Under the pieces are notes generated by a model. That model did not search any database. It was not told the DNA's origin and worked only from the letters and a program-made list of their open reading frames with translations. Positions 42,893 through 52,620 of a DNA stretch of 64,000 bases are shown one piece after another. The translations under genes were made by a program, and so were the position numbers. Location: the sequence record ON529855.1, one strand, 5' to 3'. Each line of letters starts with the position of its first letter. Position 1 is the stretch's first letter.

Positions 42893-43197
42893 TCGGCGAT
42901 CAGCCGGAACGACATATCGCCGTCCTCGTCACGGTGTGCGTAGAGGGCCGGCCTCGGCGGGGCGTACTCGGCCTGCGCGCGCCAGGCCGCGCTCAGCGTG
43001 GCGACCTCGTCTGGCGTCTCGACCACGTCGATCGGGTCATGACCGCCCGTCATCAGGACGAAGGTGCGCAGGGCGGCGCCGTCTGTCCCCACCGGCACGG
43101 CGAAACCGCGTTCATCGCAGGTGTAGGTCCCGATCTCCTGGATCATGGCGGGGTTCAACAGGCGCTTGAGGCCGTCAAGCAGGGTCACTTGAATCAC
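42889..43197 (-). CDS. FlbD/SwrD-like hypothetical protein (paralogue)
   Basis: IQVTLLDG...LNPAMI...IDVVETPDEV. Confidence 0.4.
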   Translation of the reverse strand: MIQVTLLDGLKRLLNPAMIQEIGTYTCDERGFAVPVGTDGAALRTFVLMTGGHDPIDVVETPDEVATLSAAWRAQAEYAPPRPALYAHRDEDGDMSFRLIAE

Positions 43198-43670
43198 AGG
43201 ATCACCGTCGGCGCCCCAGGCGCCACGTAGCAGTGGATGGAATCGCGGAGCCATTCGTCGAAGGCTTCGCGGGTGATGAGGTCGCCTTCACGGGGCGGGA
43301 TCACGACCAGGGCGCGGAAGTTCTCCTGCCGGCGGCCGACATAGGTCAGGCCCTTCGCGCCGTAGGGGATGACGCGAACGCCGTCGTGGGCCTCGGTCGG
43401 GAAGGACGTCACCAGAGGAATCAGGGCCTCGGCCTGGGCGTGGCTCGCCACCGCAAAGGCCAGGGCGCCGACCCGCTCCGGGTGGGTGGAGATGGGCCGC
43501 GTGAAGCCGCCCAACTTGTAGGCGTCCATCTGGGCCTGGGTCGGCTCATGCAGGAAGCGCAGGTGCGTCGGGTAGACGTGCCCGTTGCCGCATCGATCGT
43601 TCCCACCGGGTCGGCGTTCCCGCGAGTGTCCGCCGTCGCCGCAGACGGGGCAGTAGCCGAGCAGGCTCAT
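43194..43670 (-). CDS. Hypothetical protein with N-terminal Zn-ribbon
   Basis: GYCPVCG...RC.NGH. Confidence 0.55.
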   Translation of the reverse strand: MSLLGYCPVCGDGGHSRERRPGGNDRCGNGHVYPTHLRFLHEPTQAQMDAYKLGGFTRPISTHPERVGALAFAVASHAQAEALIPLVTSFPTEAHDGVRVIPYGAKGLTYVGRRQENFRALVVIPPREGDLITREAFDEWLRDSIHCYVAPGAPTVIL

Positions 43671-43984
43671 TTCTGAGCCCACGAAACGTCGAAGGATGCG
43701 GAGCCGTGATGCCCGCCCTGATTGTAGGTGACCGCGTATCCGGCTTTCACCAGGGCGCGGTGCGTCGCCACGCGACATTCGTTGATGTAGGACGACGTCA
43801 ACTGGCCGTCGTGTCGGGGCATGACGCTGATGACGTCCACCTGGTCACGCCCGACGCGGGCGGCCGCCACGATCAGGGCTTCGATACGCTCCAGGGCCTC
43901 GTCGAGGTCGAAGACGGGCATGAGGCCACGCACGGCGTCCGCCGAAGCGATGCCGTTGATGCGCTTGAGGTTCGGTCGTTCCAT
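43667..43984 (-). CDS. Hypothetical protein (paralogue of next gene)
   Basis: GRD.VD...AGY.V...SWA shared. Confidence 0.55.
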   Translation of the reverse strand: MERPNLKRINGIASADAVRGLMPVFDLDEALERIEALIVAAARVGRDQVDVISVMPRHDGQLTSSYINECRVATHRALVKAGYAVTYNQGGHHGSASFDVSWAQK

Positions 43985-44022
43985 AGTCGGCTCCGGATCA
44001 GGGCGCGGCGTCGAGGCCCACA

Positions 44023-44346
44023 TCAGGCTTCGGCCGTTTCCGCCCACGAGAGGTTGATGAAGCCGCGCTTGGCAGGCGAACCCTCGAACGTCTCGACCTG
44101 ATAGCCGGCGTCGGCGAGGGTTTCGATCAGGCCCAGGACCGTGGCGTTGCCGGCGATCTTGCCGGTCATCCAGGCGCCCGAGTTGGGCTGCGGGACGATC
44201 GTCGAGATGTCGACATGGTCGCGACCGAGCGAGACGGCGTTGCGCACGGCGTGATCGATCTTGGCGTAGACGCCGGTCGGGTCCAGCGCCGGCACATAGG
44301 CGCGGGCTTCGGCGGCGGACAGGAGGGGGAGGGTCTTCTTGGTCAT
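44023..44346 (-). CDS. Hypothetical protein
   Basis: 107 aa; paralogue of 43667..43984. Confidence 0.6.
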   Translation of the reverse strand: MTKKTLPLLSAAEARAYVPALDPTGVYAKIDHAVRNAVSLGRDHVDISTIVPQPNSGAWMTGKIAGNATVLGLIETLADAGYQVETFEGSPAKRGFINLSWAETAEA

Positions 44347-44347
44347 G

Positions 44348-45055
44348 TTACTCGGTGGTGGTTTGAGTCGCCAGGTAGGCCTGGATCGACTCGTGGTCGC
44401 CGCGCTGGGCGGCTTCGATCTGTTCGCGGGGAAGGCCCGTCATCCGCATGAGACTGCGGATGTTCCGCTCCGCCAGTTCAGCCGGCGTCATCTCGGGGAT
44501 GACGAAGGTCTGGGGGTCCTTCATCTGACCGAACATCCAGGTCTTGATCTGGGCGCGGTGCGCGACTTCCCAGACGCGGAACGCATTCTGGAGCAGACGC
44601 TGAAGGTCTTCTTCGGCCGTGACGTCGTCCGGGCTGCGGATGAAAATCCAATCGCCGGCCGCCTTCGTGAGGGCCGAGATCAGGGCGATCGCGGCGGCTT
44701 CAGCGTCGCCGGTCAGGCCGTCCCAGCCGTCCTCGCCCCAGCAGTCCTCATTGGCCTCCATGAAGAGGTCCAGGACTGCTTCACTGTCGAAACGAAGCGC
44801 GCCGGTGGCTTTGTATTCCGCCAGCAGCGCCTGGGTGTCGAAGGCCGGCGGCACGGTGGTGCGCTTGTCGGCTTCACAGACGTAAATCGTGACTCCAGGC
44901 TCGGGGCCGAAGGTCGTTTCGACCGCCTGCTTGAGGGCGTGCGCCTTGGCGGCCGCGAAGCTGCCGAACGGCCCGTGGGCGTATTCGAACTCTTCATGAT
45001 CCGCCCAGTAAAAGCGGAAGACGCCGTCGGAGGGCGAATCATCCCACAGCGCCAT
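44348..45055 (-). CDS. Hypothetical protein
   Basis: ATG at 45055 (MALWDDS). Confidence 0.6.
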   Translation of the reverse strand: MALWDDSPSDGVFRFYWADHEEFEYAHGPFGSFAAAKAHALKQAVETTFGPEPGVTIYVCEADKRTTVPPAFDTQALLAEYKATGALRFDSEAVLDLFMEANEDCWGEDGWDGLTGDAEAAAIALISALTKAAGDWIFIRSPDDVTAEEDLQRLLQNAFRVWEVAHRAQIKTWMFGQMKDPQTFVIPEMTPAELAERNIRSLMRMTGLPREQIEAAQRGDHESIQAYLATQTTTE

Positions 45056-45230
45056 CAGCGAGCGCCCTCCAGAACGGCGATCAGGGCGCCGATCTCGGCC
45101 CGGTGCAGGACGAAGCGCCGCTCGCCCATGTAGGTCTCGCCCGAGGTCTGCTCGACCAGGACGAAGGGCGAGTTGGGATCGCACTCGACGATGTCGCCCT
45201 GCGGATTGCAAGGGGAGGCGGTGAAGGCGG

Positions 45231-45578
45231 TCATGCCGCGACATCCTTGCGCAGGGCGTAGACGACCGGGTTGGCGACGACGTCTTCGGCCTTCGCGATG
45301 GTCTCGGTGATCTGCTGATGCGCCTTGGTGATCGCCTCGACGTCGATGTCCAGGCGCTCGGCCGGGCTGCCTTGCAGCAGGTTGTAGAGACGGTTCTGTT
45401 CGCGGCGCAGCGAGGCGATGCCGACGCCTTTGAAGGCCAGCAGCCCCAGGCTGATGTCGCCGGCCTGATAGCGCGCCAGCACGTCGTTGTAGCGGCCGTC
45501 GGCGTTGTTGGCGGCGATGTAGTCCAGGGCGTCCTGCTCGGACTCCGTCGGGGACTGGAGATGCGGTTGCACGGTCAT
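45231..45578 (-). CDS. Hypothetical protein (paralogue of next gene)
   Basis: QDAL.Y..ANN..G.Y...L..Y.AG.I. Confidence 0.6.
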   Translation of the reverse strand: MTVQPHLQSPTESEQDALDYIAANNADGRYNDVLARYQAGDISLGLLAFKGVGIASLRREQNRLYNLLQGSPAERLDIDVEAITKAHQQITETIAKAEDVVANPVVYALRKDVAA

Positions 45579-45582
45579 GGGC

Positions 45583-45822
45583 TCAGAGGGCTCGCGGCGT
45601 GAAGTAGATCACCGGCTGGGCGATCGAGATTTCAGCCTGTTTGATGATGTCGTCGTACTTGCCCAGGACGTTCGCCTGCTTGAGGATGTGCAGGCTCGGG
45701 CCGAGGTAGCGAATGATGCCGACATTGATCTTGCCGGCGGCGTAGTCTTCCAGGGTCTGGTCGTAGACCCCGGTCTGGTTGTTCGCCCGCATGTACGCGA
45801 GGGCGTCTTCCTGGTTGGTCAT
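45583..45822 (-). CDS. Hypothetical protein
   Basis: 79 aa paralogue. Confidence 0.6.
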   Translation of the reverse strand: MTNQEDALAYMRANNQTGVYDQTLEDYAAGKINVGIIRYLGPSLHILKQANVLGKYDDIIKQAEISIAQPVIYFTPRAL

Positions 45823-45833
45823 GGAACTCGTTA

Positions 45834-46223
45834 CTAGGCAGGATAACTCGGCGCCGTCCGCTGGCTTTGATCCGACGCGTCGTAGCGGCAGACCGAGCCT
45901 TCGAACGGCGGGGTCGTATGGGAATAGGAAACAGGGGCGCTGACCTCGGCCTGGACCAGGATCGCCTCGATCAGGTCCTTGACCGCGACGCCCGCGTCGA
46001 CGGCCGCTGCAATCACCATGCGGGCCAGTTCCGGCGCCTTGGGCTTGATGGGCGGGGCGGCGGTGATTGTGGCGTCGGGCTCATGCCGGAGGTTGTCGAC
46101 GAGAACGGCCTGGTCGCCGCTCCCGATCACGAGGGCTTGGTCAGGCCGCAGACCGGGAACGCCGCCTCGGGCGTAACGATCGCTCGCGATCTCGCGCTCA
46201 ACCTGGGCGAAGATGTCGGTCAT
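45834..46223 (-). CDS. Hypothetical protein
   Basis: Coupled 129 aa ORF. Confidence 0.55.
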   Translation of the reverse strand: MTDIFAQVEREIASDRYARGGVPGLRPDQALVIGSGDQAVLVDNLRHEPDATITAAPPIKPKAPELARMVIAAAVDAGVAVKDLIEAILVQAEVSAPVSYSHTTPPFEGSVCRYDASDQSQRTAPSYPA

Positions 46224-47206
46224 CAGTGACGCCCCACAACGGAGTGGATCGCCGTGCCGTGCCAGGGATAGGACGGAGGCGTGACGGGGTTGGCCCGGCG
46301 GAAACCTTCCACGTATGCGGCAGGTGCGTCATTGTGTGGCGTGGCGTAGGCTTCGCCGGGCTTGGGGAACACGCCCTGGGTCAGGTACGCGTATCGGTGC
46401 AGGAACCGCTGGCGCGCTTCGAGCGGCGACCAGGGTTCAATGGTGAAGGGGAGCGGCGCGACGTCGTGCAACATCGTCCAGACGGCGGCGTCGTCATCGC
46501 GGCGCGGCATCAGATCGCGCTTCTCGGTCGCCAGCATCACCAGGTCGATCGCCTTGACCTCGGGGCTCAAGGTGGTCGGCACGCCGAAGGTGGTGAAGAT
46601 GCAGTTCTCGACGCGGGCCTCGACCGTCTTGTAGCAGGGCAGAAGCTGCTTCAGCGGGCTTGACATGTCGCCGATGACGCTCTCGGCGGCGTCGTGCAGC
46701 AGGGCCGCCAGTTCGTGGCCGGGTTCGCAGTTCTCGCTCGCCAGGACGGAGTGCTGGGCGATCGTGTAGATCGCGTCATACGCAACGTGGTCGCCGAGTT
46801 GCCCGGTGAAGCGACACAGGCGCGACAGGCCGGCGGCGATGTCCTCGATCGACAGCGGGGTGTCGCACGGATTGAGGAAGTCGAAGTAGACGCCCGAAGC
46901 CAACTGGATCGACGGATACATCTTCAGCGGGGCGGTGGTCTTGGCGCGGGCGTTGATCGCCGCGACGTGAAGAGCGTTCTGGTCGTCCCGGTTCGCCTTC
47001 ACCAGGTCAAGATAGGCCTGGGCGACCAGGGCGGCGTCGGTGCCGGGATCGGAAGCGCCCGAGCGATAATCCGCGCCGCCGATCCGCGTCTTCATGGTCA
47101 AGCGGAACGCGGCGCGCTCAAGTTGGACCTCGGTCATCGACAGGCGATTGTTGTCCACTTGGACGTCGCGCTCTCGATTGTTGCGGGCGGTGTCGGAGAG
47201 GGGCAC
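46223..47206 (-). CDS. HD-domain hydrolase (YfbR-like 5'-deoxynucleotidase)
   Basis: LSRLCRF.G, YTIAQHSV, LLHDAAE...GDMSSPLK, D..MLATEKRDL. Confidence 0.85.
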   Translation of the reverse strand: MPLSDTARNNRERDVQVDNNRLSMTEVQLERAAFRLTMKTRIGGADYRSGASDPGTDAALVAQAYLDLVKANRDDQNALHVAAINARAKTTAPLKMYPSIQLASGVYFDFLNPCDTPLSIEDIAAGLSRLCRFTGQLGDHVAYDAIYTIAQHSVLASENCEPGHELAALLHDAAESVIGDMSSPLKQLLPCYKTVEARVENCIFTTFGVPTTLSPEVKAIDLVMLATEKRDLMPRRDDDAAVWTMLHDVAPLPFTIEPWSPLEARQRFLHRYAYLTQGVFPKPGEAYATPHNDAPAAYVEGFRRANPVTPPSYPWHGTAIHSVVGRH

Positions 47207-47298
47207 TGGTGCAGGGTCCAGATATGGTTAACGCCAGCCGTTGTGTCACGACTGGCGCTCCATGTCAACAATACTGGCAATCAATGTTGCCAGAGGAG

Positions 47299-47658
47299 TC
47301 AGTCACAACCCCCGCCGCCGCCACTGTCACCGCCGCTGCTGCCGCCGGACGAGCACGACCCGCCGGAATGGTAGCTGCTGCTGGACGAGCCCCCGTACTC
47401 GACATAGCCGAAGTCCACGATCTCCGAGCGCGCCGGCGGATAGGTCGCGGCGGTCGGTTTGCGGTAGGCGTCGGACTTGACGGCCTGGATCGACAGTGAA
47501 GGCTCGCGCATCTGGCGGGCGCGGGCCGCCGAGGCCGCCGTGTTGGCGCGGACTTGGGCTTCGTGTCGACGATTGGCGGCGGAGATCGCGCCGCGCGCCC
47601 ACAGGATCAAGGCGATGGTGAGGGCGATGACGACCCCGATGGTGATGGCGAGCCCCAT
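47299..47658 (-). CDS. Membrane-anchored protein with Gly/Ser tail
   Basis: N-terminal TM; ...SGGDSGGGGGCD end. Confidence 0.6.
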   Translation of the reverse strand: MGLAITIGVVIALTIALILWARGAISAANRRHEAQVRANTAASAARARQMREPSLSIQAVKSDAYRKPTAATYPPARSEIVDFGYVEYGGSSSSSYHSGGSCSSGGSSGGDSGGGGGCD

Positions 47659-48016
47659 GCTCGTCTCCTTATGTTGCGGTCAAAAAGGGCGCCGGCGGCG
47701 AACGGCCGTTCCACCCGAGGGCGCGGTCTTGTCGGCGCCGGCGCGCGGTTGGTGGCCGCGACCCCGACCGCACCCCAGGGCGACGCTCAGGATCAGCAAG
47801 GCGAGGATGAAGGTCAGCAACCACATCGGCTAACTCCATTCCGACATGGTCAGCGTCAGGTAGGCCAGGCCGACCACCACGAACAGGGCGATGGCGCCCA
47901 GGATCGCATTGAGCGCCCACATCAGCGACGCCCTTCCGAAGGCAGCCACAGCACCGAGACGATTTCCACGATGGTGGCGGCGAGCAGCACGAACAGGATC
48001 AGGTGCGGCAGCGTCA

Positions 48017-48199
48017 TCAGAAGCGTCCCGACATGAAGGCGCGATGCAGCCCCATGACCTGGGCGTCGGTGGCCTTCTTGGTCTGGGCCGGCAAGAGGCG
48101 GCGGCACATGGCGATGATCTGGGCGTCGCGCGCTTCGCCGTCCGGCTCGGGGGCGGTGTCGTTCTGGGTGAACCGGGCGATGTAGGTGCGGCTGGTCAT
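48017..48199 (-). CDS. Small hypothetical protein
   Basis: ATG at 48199 (MTSRTYIARF). Confidence 0.45.
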   Translation of the reverse strand: MTSRTYIARFTQNDTAPEPDGEARDAQIIAMCRRLLPAQTKKATDAQVMGLHRAFMSGRF

Positions 48200-48306
48200 G
48201 GCCCCGGAGGCCTTGGCGCGCTTCTCTTCCGCGTCCGGATTGATGCGGGTCGGCCGCACCGGCGATTGCGCAGCGTCCGGGCGCGGCTTGCGTTCAGTCT
48301 GTCGGC

Positions 48307-48726
48307 TCAAAGGGTCAGGCTCCGGATAGGGCCGCCGGAATGGATGTCCAGCTTGATGGCGGCCTCGACCGCTTCCACCGCCGAGGCGCCGGCGAGCATC
48401 GCGCCCATCGCCAGGTCGCCGCCGGAACCGAACGCCACCACGCCGGTGGTGTTGATCCAGGGACCTTGCGAGCCCCAGACGACCATGGTGCCGTCCGGCG
48501 CGATGACGAATCCGTTGGCGTTGTTGGTCCCCTCGACGGGGCACTTGCCCCGCATGCCGCCGCGCACCCATTCAGAGAAACGGTGGCAGATGGCGGTGCA
48601 GCCGGCCCCGCCGATCAGCAAACGACCATGTCGCCAAATCTTCTGTGAGAACCCGTCCCGTTGTCCGCCGGACGTCACGAGGGAATCGGCGGCGAGCACG
48701 CCGGCCTTGAATGCGATGGTCGTCAA
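48307..48726 (-). CDS. Ntn-hydrolase (HslV/proteasome-beta-like) peptidase
   Basis: MTTIA....LAADS, AFGSGGDLAMGAM, D..SGGPI. Confidence 0.75.
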   Translation of the reverse strand: MTTIAFKAGVLAADSLVTSGGQRDGFSQKIWRHGRLLIGGAGCTAICHRFSEWVRGGMRGKCPVEGTNNANGFVIAPDGTMVVWGSQGPWINTTGVVAFGSGGDLAMGAMLAGASAVEAVEAAIKLDIHSGGPIRSLTL

Positions 48727-48740
48727 GAGGGAAATCGATA

Positions 48741-49028
48741 CTAGGGGCGAGGCTTGATGTTGCGGAAGTCCGCAGGCAGGGGCCAGCAGGTGATCAGGAT
48801 GTCGTCGACGAACACGTAGAGATGTCCGGCGTGGATGCGCATGTTGTTCGCGGTCCGCTCTCGCAGGTAGACCCCGTCCAGGTATCGCCGGAACTTCCCG
48901 GAAAACTGGCTGTGGGTCGCGCCCTTCTCCAGGGCGGCGGCGGCCTGCCGTTCAACGGCGCGGCGTGGTAGACCCAGGCGTTTCCGCACTCTCAGGTCCG
49001 CGTGGTCGGTCACTTGAACATCGGTCAT
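48741..49028 (-). CDS. Basic hypothetical protein
   Basis: 95 aa; TDHA..R.RKRLG pattern. Confidence 0.6.
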   Translation of the reverse strand: MTDVQVTDHADLRVRKRLGLPRRAVERQAAAALEKGATHSQFSGKFRRYLDGVYLRERTANNMRIHAGHLYVFVDDILITCWPLPADFRNIKPRP

Positions 49029-49067
49029 GGCGCATTGTCAGCTATCCCGGCGTTCAGTGTCAAGGAA

Positions 49068-49262
49068 TCACTGGACCTGCGGCGGCGTTTTCGCAAGCGG
49101 CGCTTCGGTGAGAGCCTTGTAGTCTTCTTCGGACATCAGGACGTAGCGGTGGTAGCCGTCCACGATCACCAGGGGCTCGACATAGGCCTTGCGCGAGAAG
49201 TTCGACCAGTGGTCGCGAATCTGGCCGGCGGAGATGCGCAGCAGGCCGTTGAAGCTGATCAT
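49068..49262 (-). CDS. Phd/YefM antitoxin-like protein
   Basis: ISAGQIRDHW....KA..EPLVI....RYVLMSEEDYKAL. Confidence 0.5.
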   Translation of the reverse strand: MISFNGLLRISAGQIRDHWSNFSRKAYVEPLVIVDGYHRYVLMSEEDYKALTEAPLAKTPPQVQ

Positions 49263-49498
49263 TGCGGACGATCCTTGAAACCGAACTGGGCGGGGGCGCC
49301 GTAGTTAGGGGCGTAGGCCGAGTAATCCTGGTCATTCAGGATCACCCCATGGAAGTTGCGCATGTAGCGCCGGTAGAAGATGTGGGCGCTCTTGGCGTCG
49401 TCTTCATCGAAAGCCAACTGCCGGCCGTTGACCTGGGCGCCGAACGCCTCCAGCTTGGCCGTGCCGGACGGGTTGAGCGTGAAGATGAACCGGGTCAC
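49259..49498 (-). CDS. Hypothetical protein
   Basis: Coupled 79 aa ORF. Confidence 0.55.
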   Translation of the reverse strand: MTRFIFTLNPSGTAKLEAFGAQVNGRQLAFDEDDAKSAHIFYRRYMRNFHGVILNDQDYSAYAPNYGAPAQFGFKDRPQ

Positions 49499-49657
49499 AT
49501 CGTCTCCGCGATGAACTGCTCATCCCATTCGCCGATCCCCATCGTCGACGGCCAGTGATCCGGGTCCAGCGCGTTGTGGGCGCGCCACTTCTCGGCGAAG
49601 GCGGTGATCTCGGCCTGAAGGCGCGCGACGTACTGATCCAGCGTGAGTTCGGTCGGC

Positions 49658-49858
49658 TCAGGCATCAGGCGTCTCCAGTTCGGCCTGCTTCTGACGGCGG
49701 GCGTGGTGTCCGGCGATGCGGGCCTGACGGTCCCGCTCTTCGCGCCAGTATTTGAGGCGGATCACCAGCCGCGCCATCTGCTCCTCCATGGAGGCGACCT
49801 GGTTCTCCAGGACGATGCAGCGCTGCGCGGCGGCGGCCGAGAGGATGGTGTCGGTCAC
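49658..49858 (-). CDS. Hypothetical protein
   Basis: Coupled 66 aa ORF. Confidence 0.5.
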   Translation of the reverse strand: MTDTILSAAAAQRCIVLENQVASMEEQMARLVIRLKYWREERDRQARIAGHHARRQKQAELETPDA

Positions 49859-50514
49859 ATCAAGGCTCCCTGAGGCGTGATCACGACGGACTTGCCCGAG
49901 GCAATGGCGGCCTGCATCGTCTCGTCATCCACAACGACGAGGCCGGGATGATTCTGGAAAGAGGAGTCATACTCCGGGTGCCACCGCACCATCGCCATGG
50001 CGCAGTCCACCGCCTCACGCAGGGTGCGGAACGGCGTGTTGGGCGAGCCGTTCTTGGTCCGATAGCCCGCGACCGAGAACAGCGGGACGCCGGCGATGCA
50101 GGCGGAATGGCAGATGACCGAGGCGATCTTGCCGTCGTCGTCGTCTCGCTTGTAGATGTCGAACGTCGGCAGGGATTTCGACTGGGTTGCGTTCTCGACG
50201 CGGTGGTGCTTATCGAGGAGGGCTTTCACCACCTCCAGCAACGGCGTCTCCAGCACGGGGCCGCGTTCGGCTTCCCCGACCCGCTTCAACTCGGCCGAGA
50301 AGGTCGACGCCATCTGCTGCGCTTGCTTGATCTCGGCGCAGATGCCCTCCTCGACCGCCGCCAGGGCGTCGTGCTCCCCTTGAAGACGGGCGATTTCGCG
50401 GCGGAGTTCTTCGGCGCGAGGAGCAAGTTGGGCCTGGGCCTTGCGCCGCTCACGAATGAACGACAAGCGATCGGTGATGAGCCGATCAAGCATGGTGTAG
50501 GTCTCGTGACTCAC
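49855..50514 (-). CDS. Hypothetical coiled-coil protein
   Basis: 219 aa, coupled. Confidence 0.6.
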   Translation of the reverse strand: MSHETYTMLDRLITDRLSFIRERRKAQAQLAPRAEELRREIARLQGEHDALAAVEEGICAEIKQAQQMASTFSAELKRVGEAERGPVLETPLLEVVKALLDKHHRVENATQSKSLPTFDIYKRDDDDGKIASVICHSACIAGVPLFSVAGYRTKNGSPNTPFRTLREAVDCAMAMVRWHPEYDSSFQNHPGLVVVDDETMQAAIASGKSVVITPQGALM

Positions 50515-50801
50515 TTCGGCTCTCCCTCCAGTGCAACCTTGGTCAGGCGCGCGAGGTCTTCAGGGCGGAGCCCCGCCGCGTTGACGGTGATGGTCGACTT
50601 GACCTCGACGGTCTCGCTGTCCTTGGTCGCGACCAGGATGACGCCGGCCAGGCCCGACCCGACGCCGCAGATCAGTTCGACGTGCTCGGGCTGCACGACG
50701 ACGCCGAACGCCGCCAGCAGGGCGATGACGCCGAGCCAGGTCGAGCGTTCGGTGGCGCGGGCGAGGGCCGTGGCCCAGAGGATGTTCCAGTCGATAGTCA
50801 C
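50511..50801 (-). CDS. Two-TM holin-like membrane protein
   Basis: ERSTWLGVIALLAAFGV...LICGVGSGLAGVILV. Confidence 0.5.
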   Translation of the reverse strand: MTIDWNILWATALARATERSTWLGVIALLAAFGVVVQPEHVELICGVGSGLAGVILVATKDSETVEVKSTITVNAAGLRPEDLARLTKVALEGEPK

Positions 50802-51667
50802 GCGGTGGTTCCGTGCATGGTGTGGTTCGCGCCGCCAACAAGCAGGGCCGAGGCGTTGACCGCCTGGGGCTTGGCGTGGGGCACGCCGAAGCGGATGTGG
50901 GAGAGGTCCAGCTTCGGTGCAGCGGGCTCATCCAGAATCGCCAGGACCTTGTCCGGCGTCATCGGCTCGGGGATCGGGGCCTGATCCATTTCCGGGTGAT
51001 ACGCCTGCGTCAGCCGCAGCGCCTGGGTCTCGCGATCCAGCAGACCCTTCGGTTCGTTGATCCCGTAGGGCAGGCCGGCGAGCAGGGGCGCATAGGCGTT
51101 GTCGACGTAGAAGCGGGCCAGTCCGGTCGGCAAGTCGACGTCGATCTGGGTGAAATACTCGCCCGAGCCGCAGGCCGCGACCTTGAGGCCGGCGTCGGCC
51201 GCCAGGCGGGCGTAGGCGATGATCAGATGGTCGTAGTCCTCGCGCAACTTCAGCGCGGCGTCGTTGGCGCCCTTCAGGTCATCCTTCAGGGCGAGGTTTT
51301 CCTGGGTGGCGGCCGCCAGGGCGGCCTCGGCGCGCTTGGCCCGTTGCAGGTTCGCGTCGGCTTCCGCCCGAATTTCCTGAGCCGCCTTGGCTTGCGCCTC
51401 GTAACTCCTATCTCGCTGCGCGATCGCGGCGCGGTATTGCTCCGGGGTCAGTTCCGGCGGCGCGGCGGCCTTTTCGTCCAGCTTGGCGCGGGCCTCTTCC
51501 AGGAACTTCAACTTCTCAGGGTCGAAGCACTCCGGCTGCTTGGCGAGGCGGTCGAACTCGTTCGCCTTCTTGACCAGGTCGTCGAAGATCGGCAGGGCGC
51601 CGGGCAGCGTCCAGGTGTCCTGGGGCAGCTTGGCGCCGTAGTCATGAACCATGGAGACGATGCACAT
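50798..51667 (-). CDS. Hypothetical coiled-coil protein
   Basis: 289 aa, coupled. Confidence 0.65.
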   Translation of the reverse strand: MCIVSMVHDYGAKLPQDTWTLPGALPIFDDLVKKANEFDRLAKQPECFDPEKLKFLEEARAKLDEKAAAPPELTPEQYRAAIAQRDRSYEAQAKAAQEIRAEADANLQRAKRAEAALAAATQENLALKDDLKGANDAALKLREDYDHLIIAYARLAADAGLKVAACGSGEYFTQIDVDLPTGLARFYVDNAYAPLLAGLPYGINEPKGLLDRETQALRLTQAYHPEMDQAPIPEPMTPDKVLAILDEPAAPKLDLSHIRFGVPHAKPQAVNASALLVGGANHTMHGTTA

Positions 51668-52611
51668 TAGCCGCGCCCTTCCATCAGCTTGGCGATCACG
51701 GGATGGGCGAGGGTGTCTTTGTCCAGGCCTCGCTCGATTTCCGAAGCGAGGGTGACTTCATTCTGGTGAACGCTGGTGCGGGGGATGCTGGCGCGGGCGC
51801 CCCGGTTCGCCATCGAGTCGCCGACCGCTTTTGCGTGGTCGTCCAGACCGGCGGCGACGACCTGCTCGGCCGACGTCACCGGGCGCGCGCCGTTCGCCAG
51901 GGCCAGCTTGTCCGCAGCGCTCAGTTGACGGGCGGCGGCGCGGCGTTCCAGGGCGACGTCCGTCGCGGTCTTGGCGCGGGGGCGCTCTCCGGTCATGGCG
52001 CAGGTCAGGAGCGCATGCGCCTCACGCAGGCGGGCCTCGGCCTCGTCGCGCATCTTGGCGGATTCCGTCTTCAGGTCCTCGGTGCGACGCACCACCTCCT
52101 GCCGATCGCGCTCGATGATGGCGCTCTCGCGGGCATAGGTCAGAGCCTCGGTGATCATCGCCTCGGCCTTGGCGGGCGAGGGGATGCGGTCGCGCAGGTC
52201 GGACAGTTCTTTGGAGCGCTCGATGAGGGCTTGACGGAACTCGCCCAGTTTGGCCTCAGTCTGCGCGGCGCGGGCGGACGCTTCGGCCGCTTCCTGGCGC
52301 GCGGCGGTGAGCGCCTCGGCCAAGCCCTCGGTGCGCTCGACGTAACCTTCCAGTTCATCGGCGATGTCCTTGGCGTCCACCACCACGGTCAGGGTTTCGA
52401 CGCCGGGCTTCGCCTCGCGGAAGGTGACGTGATAGGGGCGCGACAGGTCCGAGATCGCCCGCGTGGTGCTCGGCGTGCCTTCAGGCACTTCGACGGAATG
52501 GCCGGCGCCGCTCAGGGCCTGGGCCAGCACCGCCATCAGGGTGGACTTGCCGGAGCCTGCGGCGCCGGACACCGTCACGGTCACTTCGCAGGTTTGGTTC
52601 TTATCGGTCAT
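51667..52611 (-). CDS. P-loop-containing coiled-coil protein
   Basis: SGAAGSGKST near N-terminus, then heptads. Confidence 0.6.
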   Translation of the reverse strand: MTDKNQTCEVTVTVSGAAGSGKSTLMAVLAQALSGAGHSVEVPEGTPSTTRAISDLSRPYHVTFREAKPGVETLTVVVDAKDIADELEGYVERTEGLAEALTAARQEAAEASARAAQTEAKLGEFRQALIERSKELSDLRDRIPSPAKAEAMITEALTYARESAIIERDRQEVVRRTEDLKTESAKMRDEAEARLREAHALLTCAMTGERPRAKTATDVALERRAAARQLSAADKLALANGARPVTSAEQVVAAGLDDHAKAVGDSMANRGARASIPRTSVHQNEVTLASEIERGLDKDTLAHPVIAKLMEGRG

Positions 52612-52620
52612 GGAGTTCTT

